DNA of 28,158 nucleotides from a virus (lineage: Duplodnaviria; Caudoviricetes), in the IMG/VR virus record IMGVR_UViG_3300035526_000093, positions 1 through 28,158 of that record. One strand, 5' to 3'. The notes beneath the pieces are model-generated. The model was not told the DNA's origin, ran no database searches, and was given only the letters and a program-made list of their open reading frames with translations. Positions 8,553-18,485 of this stretch are shown one piece after another. Each line of letters starts with the position of its first letter. The first letter of the stretch is position 1. The position numbers and the translations under genes were made by a program.

Positions 8553-9559
8553 TCTGTACCTTTGCGTAGCTTATATCTTTCGCTTACATATTTAAGGACA
8601 AGTCGCTTACCAAGCTTCATTTCTTCACGCTCTTTTACAGGAGCAATAACACAGCCTTCCATCATATGGCTTGCACCAGTATGTGTTGTATCAGCATTAT
8701 TAAACTGAAGAACTTTATCTTTAGAGTAAGGTCCACGATATAGCACATTAACGCGCTTAAGGCCATATTTATTACATAGATCCTGGAACTCATCAACATT
8801 CAAGAACCTATCATTTACTTTAGCCGCAAATAGCACATAATCAATCTTACCATTCTTAAGACCATATTTCAGGTCTTGCACACCTAGCACCTCCCCATAT
8901 ACATGAACAAGCTTAGGCAGATTAGCAAACTCAGGATTTTCATTAATTACACGAACAAAAACATTATTTTTATTCGCTTCATTGTTTTTCATCCAATAAT
9001 TATGAGAATGGCTAATAAGAACATCATCATATGTTTTTGCTACTCCAAAGTTAGCACCATGATACTTTTCAGTAATAACAACTTCCTCACCTTCTACAAG
9101 TAAAGAATTGTACTTCTGAAAGTGTTCAGGCTCAGGGAAGATTTCACGTCCAGTTACAGGACGAATAACCTGCCCAGACATTTCCTTAGGGATTGGAGCT
9201 TCATATTTAGTAACACCAAATACGCCAGACACTTCAACACCTGGTTTTAGCTCCGTAGATACTTCTTTAGGCCAATACTTCTCAGCGGGGATAAGCAACC
9301 CTTCAGAAAAGATGCCACGAATTTTAGCAGCTCTTAATCGCTTAGAATAAAAGTTTTCAATACCAAACTCTTTTACCCATTTCTCTGGTAGCACAGCATC
9401 TACCGGGAAATAAAAAGCTAAATCTCCCTTTTTAAAATTACCTTTTCCACTAACACATACATAATCAAGGCCTTCCATTTTAACAATGTCCAACCTATCA
9501 GCATCAGGATGCTTAGTAACTTCCTTAATAACAACTACTTCAACTTTTAATTCAGCCAT
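8543..9559 (-). CDS. RNA ligase, DRB0094/Rnl2-like, with N-terminal OB-fold
   Basis: HPDADRL N-terminus; TEKYHGAN (motif I), YGE, EGCVI, LKYVS; likely start MAELKV at 9559. Confidence 0.9.
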   Translation of the reverse strand: MAELKVEVVVIKEVTKHPDADRLDIVKMEGLDYVCVSGKGNFKKGDLAFYFPVDAVLPEKWVKEFGIENFYSKRLRAAKIRGIFSEGLLIPAEKYWPKEVSTELKPGVEVSGVFGVTKYEAPIPKEMSGQVIRPVTGREIFPEPEHFQKYNSLLVEGEEVVITEKYHGANFGVAKTYDDVLISHSHNYWMKNNEANKNNVFVRVINENPEFANLPKLVHVYGEVLGVQDLKYGLKNGKIDYVLFAAKVNDRFLNVDEFQDLCNKYGLKRVNVLYRGPYSKDKVLQFNNADTTHTGASHMMEGCVIAPVKEREEMKLGKRLVLKYVSERYKLRKGTEWK

Positions 9560-9686
9560 TTTCTTTCCATGCCCTTTTCGCGTCTTTGTAAAGTTTACGA
9601 TATCCATAAGTTTTTAGTGCTGATGGATGCTTATCAAGAAGCTCTTTTAAATCTTTTTTAATTTGTTTTACTCTTTTTCCACGCAT
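9552..9686 (-). CDS. Small basic hypothetical protein (44 aa)
   Basis: MRGKRVKQIKKDLK...KENG; fills the gap and overlaps the ligase start. Confidence 0.5.
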   Translation of the reverse strand: MRGKRVKQIKKDLKELLDKHPSALKTYGYRKLYKDAKRAWKENG

Positions 9687-9716
9687 AAATATCACCAAAT
9701 TACATGTTTGTTAAAG

Positions 9717-9911
9717 CTATTTATCACAAATAGCACGTACTATAAAATCTTTTGCTGCTTCAAGGAGTTCAAAGCTAGTTGGAAATGTTTCGATACCAAG
9801 AAACGAAATATCTTTTTTAGATAAATTTAACATTGTATATTGTCCAGCTATTATACCGAAACAAATTTTCAAATTTACATCCATTGTTTCTTTTTTCTTG
9901 TTCTCTTCCAT
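9717..9911 (-). CDS. Hypothetical protein
   Basis: ORF track; co-directional packing. Confidence 0.5.
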   Translation of the reverse strand: MEENKKKETMDVNLKICFGIIAGQYTMLNLSKKDISFLGIETFPTSFELLEAAKDFIVRAICDK

Positions 9912-10585
9912 CCATATCCCTTCGGATTACAATGATGCGATCTATAAAATAATTCTTCAGATAGCACATTGATTCTCTTTTTTCTTATCTTAAAAGATAC
10001 ATTATATTCTTCTTGTATCTCTGCTTTTTCAATTTCATGAAATAAGGTATCTCTAATTTCACCAATAACAAAAGCATGATTTCCTCGATACTTATGCCAT
10101 CCGTAACCTTTTTGATAGCAAGAATTACCAGACAAACGATATATATGTTTCCTGTAAGTAAAATATCTACTGCGCCAAGTAGCATTATATTTATGGGTCA
10201 AAAAATCCCTAAGCAAATCTTTAGAGTTAACTACTCTTCCATATGAATCAATAACTATTATTGGTTTCATGGCAAAGGATCTAGGGATCCACTGAACATA
10301 ATCAATTACTCGACTAGCATTAAGTTTCCCATGTTCATCGTACTCACGTATAGTTTTATAGTGTGTACAATTATATCCACCAGACCAGACACCATCATTA
10401 TCAGTATGGCGAATATTTTTAAACGCATAATATATATCAGCAATATTATTCTTTTCTGAAGTAAGATTTAGTTGTTCAGCAAGCCAATTGAGAACATCAG
10501 TATAATCTAGCTTCTTCCCAGTCATATCTCTATAAAGAAAATGCCTAATCTCTTTATAGTTATTATATACAAAATATTTCAACAT
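9875..10585 (-). CDS. Hypothetical protein
   Basis: 236 aa ORF with GAGG RBS. Confidence 0.7.
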   Translation of the reverse strand: MLKYFVYNNYKEIRHFLYRDMTGKKLDYTDVLNWLAEQLNLTSEKNNIADIYYAFKNIRHTDNDGVWSGGYNCTHYKTIREYDEHGKLNASRVIDYVQWIPRSFAMKPIIVIDSYGRVVNSKDLLRDFLTHKYNATWRSRYFTYRKHIYRLSGNSCYQKGYGWHKYRGNHAFVIGEIRDTLFHEIEKAEIQEEYNVSFKIRKKRINVLSEELFYRSHHCNPKGYGWKRTRKKKQWM

Positions 10586-10619
10586 ATAAACCCCTCATTA
10601 GGAGCAGGTTTATAGCTCC

Positions 10620-10859
10620 TTATTTCCCTTTATTGATGCGTCGGGCTTTTCTTGCTGCTTTATTACGGCGTCTATTTGCAGCCTTACGGTTCTTCATTTT
10701 AACTTCCTTATTAGCGGCTGCATTCATAGCACTAATAAGTTTTTTGTATTGCTGAGGTGTAAGTTGAATCGGTTTAGGCTCAGCCTGTTCTGACAAAGAG
10801 TCTAATACAACTTCACTTGTTTCATTTGTTGGTTGCATAACTATCTCCATTGAATTCAT
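10620..10859 (-). CDS. Small protein with Arg/Lys-rich C-terminus
   Basis: KNRKAANRRRNKAARKARR tail. Confidence 0.65.
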   Translation of the reverse strand: MNSMEIVMQPTNETSEVVLDSLSEQAEPKPIQLTPQQYKKLISAMNAAANKEVKMKNRKAANRRRNKAARKARRINKGK

Positions 10860-11439
10860 GGATGGATTTTACCATCAAAATTGAATTCTGTTTGAATGTT
10901 TCTGTCTACTTTAAAGCCAAATCTTTTGACTTTCTCTAATATACTAACAAGTTTCTCCTCACTTATAAGAGAAAAATCATTAACATCAAGGCCAACATTA
11001 ACGCAATTGCCCATGACCTTAAATTGATCATGTAAGTGACCACAGCACCAAATAGCAGAACGGTCAACAATACAAACACTTGGGTCGTGAGCAAGGCCCA
11101 CTGCGCCAATACCATCAACATTAATAAACATAAACCGCTGAACAGTCTCAAAGCCTGCATCTATATAATCCTTCCAAGACTCATTATCGTGGTTACCAAG
11201 AATCAAATGTTTTTTGCCTCTTAAGTTTTTAATATTTTTGCTATTTCTTTTATATCAGCAAAAGCAAAATCACCTAAGATGAAGATATCATCATCTTCAT
11301 TTTTAACCATCTTGTTCCACATTAATGTCAAGAATGCATCATGAGCTTTTATGTCTTTAAATTTATCGCCTCTTAAAGCACAATATTTAAGAATATTAGC
11401 ATGACGAAAATGTGTATCTGCACTAAAATATCTAGCCAT
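10856..11439 (-). pseudogene. Calcineurin-like metallophosphoesterase split by a 1-nt frameshift
   Basis: DTH and LGD in 11221..11439; GNHD and GHLH in 10856..11206; one extra A in TTAAAAAC near 11226 restores LKNLRGKKHLILGNHD. Confidence 0.8.
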
Positions 11440-11455
11440 TAATCTTGCACTCCTT

Positions 11456-12562
11456 TTAAAATAAATTCTTAATTATAGAACCAGCACTATTGCGCCATCT
11501 ATTAAGGAGCTCTCTTTTATCATACTTAACACCAAATTCTTTTCTCAGCATAAATAGCATAGATGAAAATTTACTCTTATTCTTTATATATAAGGCGAAT
11601 TCTTTTTGGTCTTCTATTCCTTGAGTTTCTTTATATAAAAGCTCAAGTATGGACAGTTCCTTATTAAGCATTTCAGTAATAGCATGTACAGAATCTTTAC
11701 ATTCAGGAAAATATGTTATTACTTCATCTGTTTCTCCTGCAAGAATAAATGGCACCAAATTTTTAGGTAAAAATAGGTTATCATTACCTTTTAATCTATG
11801 CAAAGCAAGATATGTCTTACTTTTTATTTTTATCCTAAGCCCATTAATATCACGAACTACAATGCCCTCATATGTTGGGTCAGAATTTTCTTTATCATTA
11901 AGGTGCAAGATAACATCATCTATGCTTTTAAAATGATAAATAACAGGACAATTAAACCCATAGTCCTTGGCAATAGATGCAACATTCTTGATAGGAAAAT
12001 CAAAATAATCATATTCAGAATGATTTATAACCCCAATCAAATAACATGTAGGGGAATTATACTGACGAACAACCTTATTGTATAAAGAGCAAAACTCAAA
12101 CACATAAGTACAATTACTATCAAGAGAAAAAGTTTCTGGAGTTTTCCTTAAAGCTTGCCAGACAAGATCAGCCCATGACATACCACATATATGCATATTA
12201 TATTCTGCAAAAGATCCACGAGTATTAATTCTCCATGATCCCATATATGAGTAAATCAGGATAAGAGATCCATCCTCCTTATCAGTAGCATAAGACCCAT
12301 TCCAATTAAATTTACTAGTTAACTCCAGTGCTTCGCCATAGTTAAAGAACCTATCAAAAGCTCTAGCTACAACATTATATGTGTGTTTTTCAAGAACTAA
12401 TCCTCTGCATTCGCAGCAGATACGTTCCATTTTAGGGGAGCCTATTTGAGAATAGTTCAGTATTATTAGTGGATCATAAGGATGATAAGTTATCTCTATG
12501 CCATATTCTGCAGCTAGATCTTCAGGAGTCTTTCCCGATCTAAGATATTTTTGTACTTCCAT
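11456..12562 (-). CDS. RNA ligase 1 (T4 Rnl1-like)
   Basis: ECRGL, FDRFFN, KEDGSL (motif I), FEF, EGIVV, KIKS. Confidence 0.9.
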   Translation of the reverse strand: MEVQKYLRSGKTPEDLAAEYGIEITYHPYDPLIILNYSQIGSPKMERICCECRGLVLEKHTYNVVARAFDRFFNYGEALELTSKFNWNGSYATDKEDGSLILIYSYMGSWRINTRGSFAEYNMHICGMSWADLVWQALRKTPETFSLDSNCTYVFEFCSLYNKVVRQYNSPTCYLIGVINHSEYDYFDFPIKNVASIAKDYGFNCPVIYHFKSIDDVILHLNDKENSDPTYEGIVVRDINGLRIKIKSKTYLALHRLKGNDNLFLPKNLVPFILAGETDEVITYFPECKDSVHAITEMLNKELSILELLYKETQGIEDQKEFALYIKNKSKFSSMLFMLRKEFGVKYDKRELLNRWRNSAGSIIKNLF

Positions 12563-12582
12563 AATTTTTAATCCATAATAAT

Positions 12583-13122
12583 TTACCTATTAAGGTTAGC
12601 TTTATATGCACGAACCTGATTTGCAGTAGTAGCATATCCACGAGCATTAAGAATCTGAGCAATTTGAGCTGAGCTAAGATTATTATAGCTTCGAATAACA
12701 GCGACAATTGCATCTTTTAGCGGTACAACTGGTGCTGCTGTGGTAACAGTGTCAGTGTCAGGCTCATCTTCCTCGTCGTCACATTCACACATTCCGCATC
12801 CATCACACTCATCTTCATCTTCATCATCCACTAATACAGACAAGAAGTATTCAACATGAGGAGCTGTGCCTGGAGTAAATACATTCTTTTGCTGAACAAA
12901 AGATTTACCATCTTCAGTCTCAATAGTAATATTCCAATCAGCATATTCTTTATAAATGCTTATCAGAAAAGCAGAAACATCACGTTGAGTAGCCCAGTAC
13001 CCAATATTTCTAAGAACATTTTTTACTTCAAGTGAAGTAGCTTTTTTATTTGTAACTAGAAGCCTAGTAAAAGCAACTGAAACAACATCTCTTGTTAGTT
13101 TTTTAAATTTAGTTTTATCCAT
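12583..13122 (-). CDS. Hypothetical protein with acidic/Cys linker and C-terminal HTH-like segment
   Basis: CDGCGMCEC in an acidic tract; LSSAQIAQILNARGY. Confidence 0.7.
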   Translation of the reverse strand: MDKTKFKKLTRDVVSVAFTRLLVTNKKATSLEVKNVLRNIGYWATQRDVSAFLISIYKEYADWNITIETEDGKSFVQQKNVFTPGTAPHVEYFLSVLVDDEDEDECDGCGMCECDDEEDEPDTDTVTTAAPVVPLKDAIVAVIRSYNNLSSAQIAQILNARGYATTANQVRAYKANLNR

Positions 13123-13189
13123 TTTGTAATCCTTTGATTAGTTTTTATTATCCCTTTAGTTGGATAATATATTTAATAGTACATTGTGA

Positions 13190-13831
13190 TTATTTTTCTC
13201 TAAGCTTTTCAGCTATTTTACTGAACTGCTGACTAGTTAGATTAGCGTCAATTCCTTTTAATTTAGATACCTCATCAAGAAACAGACATATGCTTTCATA
13301 AGAACTAAGTATAAATTTTGGTCTTTGATTTTTACTTTGTATTTTAGATGTGGCCCATCGACAATTATCTTTAGAATATCCCTTATTTGGATCTATTCTA
13401 TCAAGACTTGTATTTTTTTCTCCATGCTTTTCAGAATGTTTTATGTAGGATCTCTCCATGTCCATAGTAAACCCCTTAAAAGATTCCCATTCATCACAAA
13501 CAGAGATACCACGATCTTTATAATATCTAGCAACTCTTATGTCGCCGGAATTACATCTTGCTTTCATTCCGGCCCATATACTATAAAGTCTAGATCTTTT
13601 AATGCCTGATTGTCCATGTTTTTTAAATCTTTTACTTGTAGCTTCTGAAGCAAAGCACCCACATGATACTGTTCTTCCAAAGCTTAGGGATGACGCAAGT
13701 ACAATTATTTCATTACCACAATCACACTTACATAACCATTGAGTATTCCCATGCTTATTGTTTTCAGCCCTTTTTACGACAGTTAATCTGCCAAATATTT
13801 TACCTGTTAAGTCTTTTAATTTTCTACTCAT
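13190..13831 (-). CDS. HNH-type homing endonuclease
   Basis: DLTGKIFGRLTV, WLCKCDCG, SCGC, SLDRIDPNKGYSKDNCRWAT. Confidence 0.88.
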   Translation of the reverse strand: MSRKLKDLTGKIFGRLTVVKRAENNKHGNTQWLCKCDCGNEIIVLASSLSFGRTVSCGCFASEATSKRFKKHGQSGIKRSRLYSIWAGMKARCNSGDIRVARYYKDRGISVCDEWESFKGFTMDMERSYIKHSEKHGEKNTSLDRIDPNKGYSKDNCRWATSKIQSKNQRPKFILSSYESICLFLDEVSKLKGIDANLTSQQFSKIAEKLREK

Positions 13832-13900
13832 TATAAATTCTCCATGGCATATTAGCCAATTGTTAATAACGAATATTTTGTATACATAAATAAAATTAAC

Positions 13901-15112
13901 TTAACCACGCAATTGTACTAGGTATTTTATGTTTGCTTGATTTTGGTTGTAAACAATAAACTCATTATTTCTTAATGACTTACCAGCTTTAGCAAAAACA
14001 GAATCATAGTTGCCTTTCTTTTTAAGGCTAGATTCATCTAAACGGCTACACCAGCTCTCAAAAGCATCAACCTCTAAGCTGTTGCCAAGATGAACTTCAA
14101 ATAATGCCATAAACGCCTCATTTGAGCTACCTCTTGCCCAATAAGATCCTCTAGAAGATGTATAACCAAGAGACTTTTGAGCCTTATCAGCAAAGTAAGT
14201 TCCATAGCCAAACATTTTACCAGAGATAACAACATTAGAGGGCCGAAGTAGCAGACCATTTTCTAGTATAGATAGCCAATTTTCATTACGACTACCATGA
14301 AAGAATAGTTCACATTTCTTGTTATCAACTTTAGACATCCACTCATCAAAGCATTTCTGAGTTTTATTATTTACAACACGATAAGCTGTAACAAATCTAT
14401 CAGCAATATTATCAAGTTTTTTCTTGATCATTTCTTCCTCTTCAGGAGTAGCAGGTCTAATATCTAGCCCCATTGCTTCAAGAATAGTTGCATTCTTATC
14501 GCTATTTTCTTTTACTAATTCTACTTGCTTAACCTGGGAAGCCATATTATCAAGCAGATTTTGTTCTTTAGTAATTACACTATCAAGAAGTTCATCATCA
14601 ACCTGAACAAGTAAGTGAGATTTTACATCACTCATTTTCCTAGGTATAACCATAAACAGACTAATAAGCTTATTGTTTATATCTGTAACACTTACATTAT
14701 CAGATTCAGATAAAGCAACAATGTCATCAAGTATGGACTGTGCTTCATCAATTTGCTTTTTAGTAACGCTATCAGCAGTTACAGTATAGTTATTTGCGAT
14801 TTCTTTCTTTGCATATAGCTGGAGCTTAGTAAATAAACATTTAACATCATTGTCACTGATATCATGAAATTCAATACTATCAGATACAGTTTCAGCAAAA
14901 AGCTCAGTTACATCACGATAGCCTTTTCTAACTTTTGATTTACGAGTAGATTCCCACTTGCTAATGGGATAGATTTTTGTTTGACAAGCAGCTCCTACCC
15001 TACCAAATTCTGCACGGAAATAACCGTCTTCGGTATCAATCATGTGATAATACTTGTTATTATTGTTTTCTGCGCCGACATATATTAGTTTTATAATATT
15101 TTTATAGTCCAT
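13901..15112 (-). CDS. PARP-family ADP-ribosyltransferase with WGR-like and regulatory domains
   Basis: NNNKYY...FGRVG...K-x-x-KGY (WGR); FHGSR, GKMFGYGTYFADKAQKSLGY, NEFIVY (H-Y-E triad). Confidence 0.92.
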   Translation of the reverse strand: MDYKNIIKLIYVGAENNNNKYYHMIDTEDGYFRAEFGRVGAACQTKIYPISKWESTRKSKVRKGYRDVTELFAETVSDSIEFHDISDNDVKCLFTKLQLYAKKEIANNYTVTADSVTKKQIDEAQSILDDIVALSESDNVSVTDINNKLISLFMVIPRKMSDVKSHLLVQVDDELLDSVITKEQNLLDNMASQVKQVELVKENSDKNATILEAMGLDIRPATPEEEEMIKKKLDNIADRFVTAYRVVNNKTQKCFDEWMSKVDNKKCELFFHGSRNENWLSILENGLLLRPSNVVISGKMFGYGTYFADKAQKSLGYTSSRGSYWARGSSNEAFMALFEVHLGNSLEVDAFESWCSRLDESSLKKKGNYDSVFAKAGKSLRNNEFIVYNQNQANIKYLVQLRG

Positions 15113-15252
15113 CCTTTATACTTACCATTATTAATTTAATCATTTTTGCCATTATTAACTCCTGGCTATATATCTTGATAGTCCACATGATGGTTCAGGA
15201 ATTGGCCTTGAAGTATAAGGTACATTCTTAGTAATACCATATAGTGTACTAG

Positions 15253-15675
15253 ATGCAACAAGGCTACCATGCCCACCTAAAAGGAATTGGCTGTCCAATT
15301 TGTAAGCAATCAAAAGGTGAAGATAAGGTTAAATTATATCTAGAATCTAATAAGATTAAGTTTCAGCAACAAAAAACCTTTAAAAACTGTATTAATCCAA
15401 ATACAAACTATAAACTAAGATACGATTTTTATCTTCCAGAACATAATCTTCTTATAGAATTTGACGGCATACAACACTTTAGGCCATCCACATTTAATGG
15501 AAAAATAGATAAAGAACAAACATTAAAATTATTTGAGCAAACTAAATTTACTGATAATATAAAAAATAACTACGCTAGAGAAAATAATATAAGATTATTA
15601 AGAATTCCTTACACCAAATTCTCTAGCATAAATAAAATAATCTCTAGTTATCTAAATCAACTCGATCAGACCTAA
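15253..15675 (+). CDS. PD-(D/E)xK (DUF559/Vsr-like) homing endonuclease, N-terminally truncated
   Basis: GCPIC, SKGE, YDFYLP, IEFDGIQHF, LLRIPY; paralogue of the C-terminal half of 17139..17867. Confidence 0.8.
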   Translation: MQQGYHAHLKGIGCPICKQSKGEDKVKLYLESNKIKFQQQKTFKNCINPNTNYKLRYDFYLPEHNLLIEFDGIQHFRPSTFNGKIDKEQTLKLFEQTKFTDNIKNNYARENNIRLLRIPYTKFSSINKIISSYLNQLDQT

Positions 15676-17071
15676 CTCTTTCCACCCTTGGGCAGATAGC
15701 TGAAGTGGATGTAAAGCGCTGACAAGTACACTCTAGCACTTTTCCTATCCAATTATCAGGATTTTTAGCAACTTCAATTCTAAAATTTTCATCCATTAAT
15801 TTTCCAGTTCCAATTTCAAACGAAATGAGATTTCCACTCAGGGGATGATAACATTCTACGTTAAAAGCCCCTAACATTTGCTCTTTTTCTGTTCCGTCTC
15901 CATTAAATTTTGTTTTTGATGGAACATACCCTATAATAATAGCCTCAAAAGAGTCTTCTTCTTTGATTTTAATCCAATCAGTACAACGACGGAACTGATA
16001 TACAGCTTTAGGGTTCTTTACAATAGCGCCTTCAAAGCCTTCTGCAATCCAGGCATTAGCAAGATCTCTTGCTTCGTGATAAGTCTCTACGCATTGCCTA
16101 TCAATAACCTCAACCTTATTTCCAAGATTAAGCTTATCAATAAGAGGCTTAACAATAAATTCAAGATAGATACGCATTTGTGTATATGTCCAGCTAGGCT
16201 TACGAGCATACCACTCATTTCTAGGAACACATGCAAAGATAGTAAACTTAAGTTGCTTACGAAGAGCATCTGCACGATCATAATCAGCTTGATATTTTTC
16301 CCAAGCCTTAGCTCGTGTTTTTCCACTCTTGCCTTTAAAATCATCTTCAGTTTTAGAGAAATCAAAACCAAAGACCGTCATTGTATCTTCTAGACAATCA
16401 TTGACAGAACATTCTCCATCCCACATCATATCAGCAATGCCCAGTTGTGACAAAAACGGGATTATATCTACAAAGTTCATAATGGGAAGGCCAGATCTGC
16501 CAACAGGATCATAATAAATAATACCCTCATCCCTATCGTTTTGAGTTTCAAAGAAGGTTCTCACACCATTCTTTTTCATCTCCACTTCAGCATATCCCCA
16601 GATAAACTTACCAGTATCCTCTTCAATAACCTTATCAATTTTATCTTCTTGATCAGCTAGTCCACACTTAAATTTATTATTAGTACCAAATGCTTTATCA
16701 AAAAGAGTTTGCCCTATTCCGATAGTTGCTAAATCTTTTTTTAGACATTTTTCAAACCAAAAACACTGCTGTGTATTAAACCAACTAAAAGTCTTTTTTA
16801 TCTCTTTTAAAGCAGCACTACCGGCTAGCTCTCGATTTTCTAATTGAGACAATAAAGACTTAAAATTTTCCCAAGCTCTAGTATTATCAAACCTTCCATC
16901 TCCAACAGTATACTCAAACTCTTTAACGCCAAAAGTTATACTATTATTTAATGCATAATTTAACATTTCCTTAAGTTGTTTATTCTCTTTATTTTCTGAT
17001 AAAATTCTTAGCTTTTCGTTTGTACTAGATGTTATTTTAAGTATGTCTAATATTTCAATAAAATCTTTCAT
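15644..17071 (-). CDS. lig: ATP-dependent DNA ligase
   Basis: EMKKNGVR (motif I), WDGE, FEGAIVK, WIKIK, C-terminal OB-fold ending PRVERVRSDR. Confidence 0.9.
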   Translation of the reverse strand: MKDFIEILDILKITSSTNEKLRILSENKENKQLKEMLNYALNNSITFGVKEFEYTVGDGRFDNTRAWENFKSLLSQLENRELAGSAALKEIKKTFSWFNTQQCFWFEKCLKKDLATIGIGQTLFDKAFGTNNKFKCGLADQEDKIDKVIEEDTGKFIWGYAEVEMKKNGVRTFFETQNDRDEGIIYYDPVGRSGLPIMNFVDIIPFLSQLGIADMMWDGECSVNDCLEDTMTVFGFDFSKTEDDFKGKSGKTRAKAWEKYQADYDRADALRKQLKFTIFACVPRNEWYARKPSWTYTQMRIYLEFIVKPLIDKLNLGNKVEVIDRQCVETYHEARDLANAWIAEGFEGAIVKNPKAVYQFRRCTDWIKIKEEDSFEAIIIGYVPSKTKFNGDGTEKEQMLGAFNVECYHPLSGNLISFEIGTGKLMDENFRIEVAKNPDNWIGKVLECTCQRFTSTSAICPRVERVRSDRVDLDN

Positions 17072-17138
17072 TATTTATTTATCCTTTTAGTTATTAACAA
17101 CTATGCTTTAAATTTTCGTTAGTTACAGGGAGTCTATC

Positions 17139-17867
17139 ATGAGGAAACTTACTACATTTGAATTTATTGAAAAAGCAAAGAAGATTCATAATAATAAATA
17201 TGATTATTCTAAAACAGAATATATAAAATCAAAAATAAAAATTTGCATTATTTGTCATATACATGGAGAGTTTTGGCAAACTCCAAACACGCATTTATTA
17301 GGAGCAGGCTGTCCAGACTGTGCAGGAACAAAAAGATCTAATACAAGTTCATTCATAGAAAAAGCAAAATTCCTACATAACAATAAGTATGATTATAGTA
17401 AAGTAAATTATGTTAATGCACATACAAAAATAATAATAACTTGTCCTATTCATGGAGACTTTCTACAAACTCCTAATAAGCATTTAAAGAATCATAATTG
17501 TCCTAAATGCAATATATCTAAAGGTGAATTAAGAATTCGTAATTGGTTAACTATTAATAATATTCAATTTGAAGAACAAAAAATTTTTAATAATTTATAT
17601 TTTACAAATAAAAAAGCAAAATTAAAATTCGATTTTTATCTTCCAGAATATAATTTTTGCATAGAATTTGATGGCGAACAACACTTTAAGCCATTTTCAT
17701 TTTCTTCGGATAAATCAAAAGAAACGAAGCAAAAAAATTTAAAAATAGTTAAACAAAGAGACTCTATTAAAAATCAATATTGTCTCGATAACAATATCAA
17801 ATTATTAAGAATTCGATATAATCAATATCCTAATACTGAAAAGATATTAGAAAGGACATTATTTTGA
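17139..17867 (+). CDS. Homing endonuclease with tandem Zn-finger repeats and PD-(D/E)xK (DUF559-like) domain
   Basis: Two FIEKAK..HNNKYDYSK..C..HG.F.QTP..HL...CP.C repeats; FDFYLP, IEFDGEQHF. Confidence 0.85.
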   Translation: MRKLTTFEFIEKAKKIHNNKYDYSKTEYIKSKIKICIICHIHGEFWQTPNTHLLGAGCPDCAGTKRSNTSSFIEKAKFLHNNKYDYSKVNYVNAHTKIIITCPIHGDFLQTPNKHLKNHNCPKCNISKGELRIRNWLTINNIQFEEQKIFNNLYFTNKKAKLKFDFYLPEYNFCIEFDGEQHFKPFSFSSDKSKETKQKNLKIVKQRDSIKNQYCLDNNIKLLRIRYNQYPNTEKILERTLF

Positions 17868-18296
17868 AGGCCAGACTTCATCCATAATTGCCTTGCCGAC
17901 ATTAGTAGAGGCAATATCTTTCTGGATGCAACGCTTATACCATTTCTTTTCTTGATCAGTACACGTTCTCAAGAAAGATTCAACAGCATCATTAGCAGCA
18001 TGTCCGCTAATATCTTGGTTAACAAGAGCTTTAACTACACGGTCAAAATTATCCCAGGAACTAAGACCCATTCGACTAAAAGCAGTACCAGTACCTTTAT
18101 TAGCCTCTATCTTATTGATATTAAATTTAACACGCTCATCGATAGCAAGAATTAAATATTCTTTAAGGTGAGAAGTATCTCTATTTTCTTCAAGAATTGC
18201 CTTTTTATCATTAGTCTTAGGTGTCTTTTCTAGAAGGTCTAAAACGTCTAAGAAATTCCATAAACTAGGAGCTACAAATTTTTCTTTTTTTGCCAT
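17859..18296 (-). CDS. Stand-alone paralogue of the DNA ligase N-terminal domain
   Basis: Aligns by eye along its length with the first ~130 aa of the ligase (FLDVLDLL/FIEILDIL; SWDNF/AWENF; WYKRCIQKD/WFEKCLKKD). Confidence 0.75.
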   Translation of the reverse strand: MAKKEKFVAPSLWNFLDVLDLLEKTPKTNDKKAILEENRDTSHLKEYLILAIDERVKFNINKIEANKGTGTAFSRMGLSSWDNFDRVVKALVNQDISGHAANDAVESFLRTCTDQEKKWYKRCIQKDIASTNVGKAIMDEVWPSK

Positions 18297-18308
18297 ATAT
18301 TACCTCAA

Positions 18309-18339
18309 TAAAAAAAGGGTAAACTAAATAGTTCCCCTT
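18309..18339 (-). terminator. Probable terminator
   Basis: GGGGAACTA-TT-TAGTTTACCC followed by a T run. Confidence 0.5.
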
Positions 18340-18485
18340 AAAGATTCGTTTTAAATTTGGAGGACGGTTTTAAAGAGGACCCGTCCAAAACTCTATATAT
18401 TTTGAATCTGCCACCTAGCCTTGCGGCAGATTCCAAGTCGAATTCATATATTTTTTAATTACATATATATAGTATTACTTCTTTC

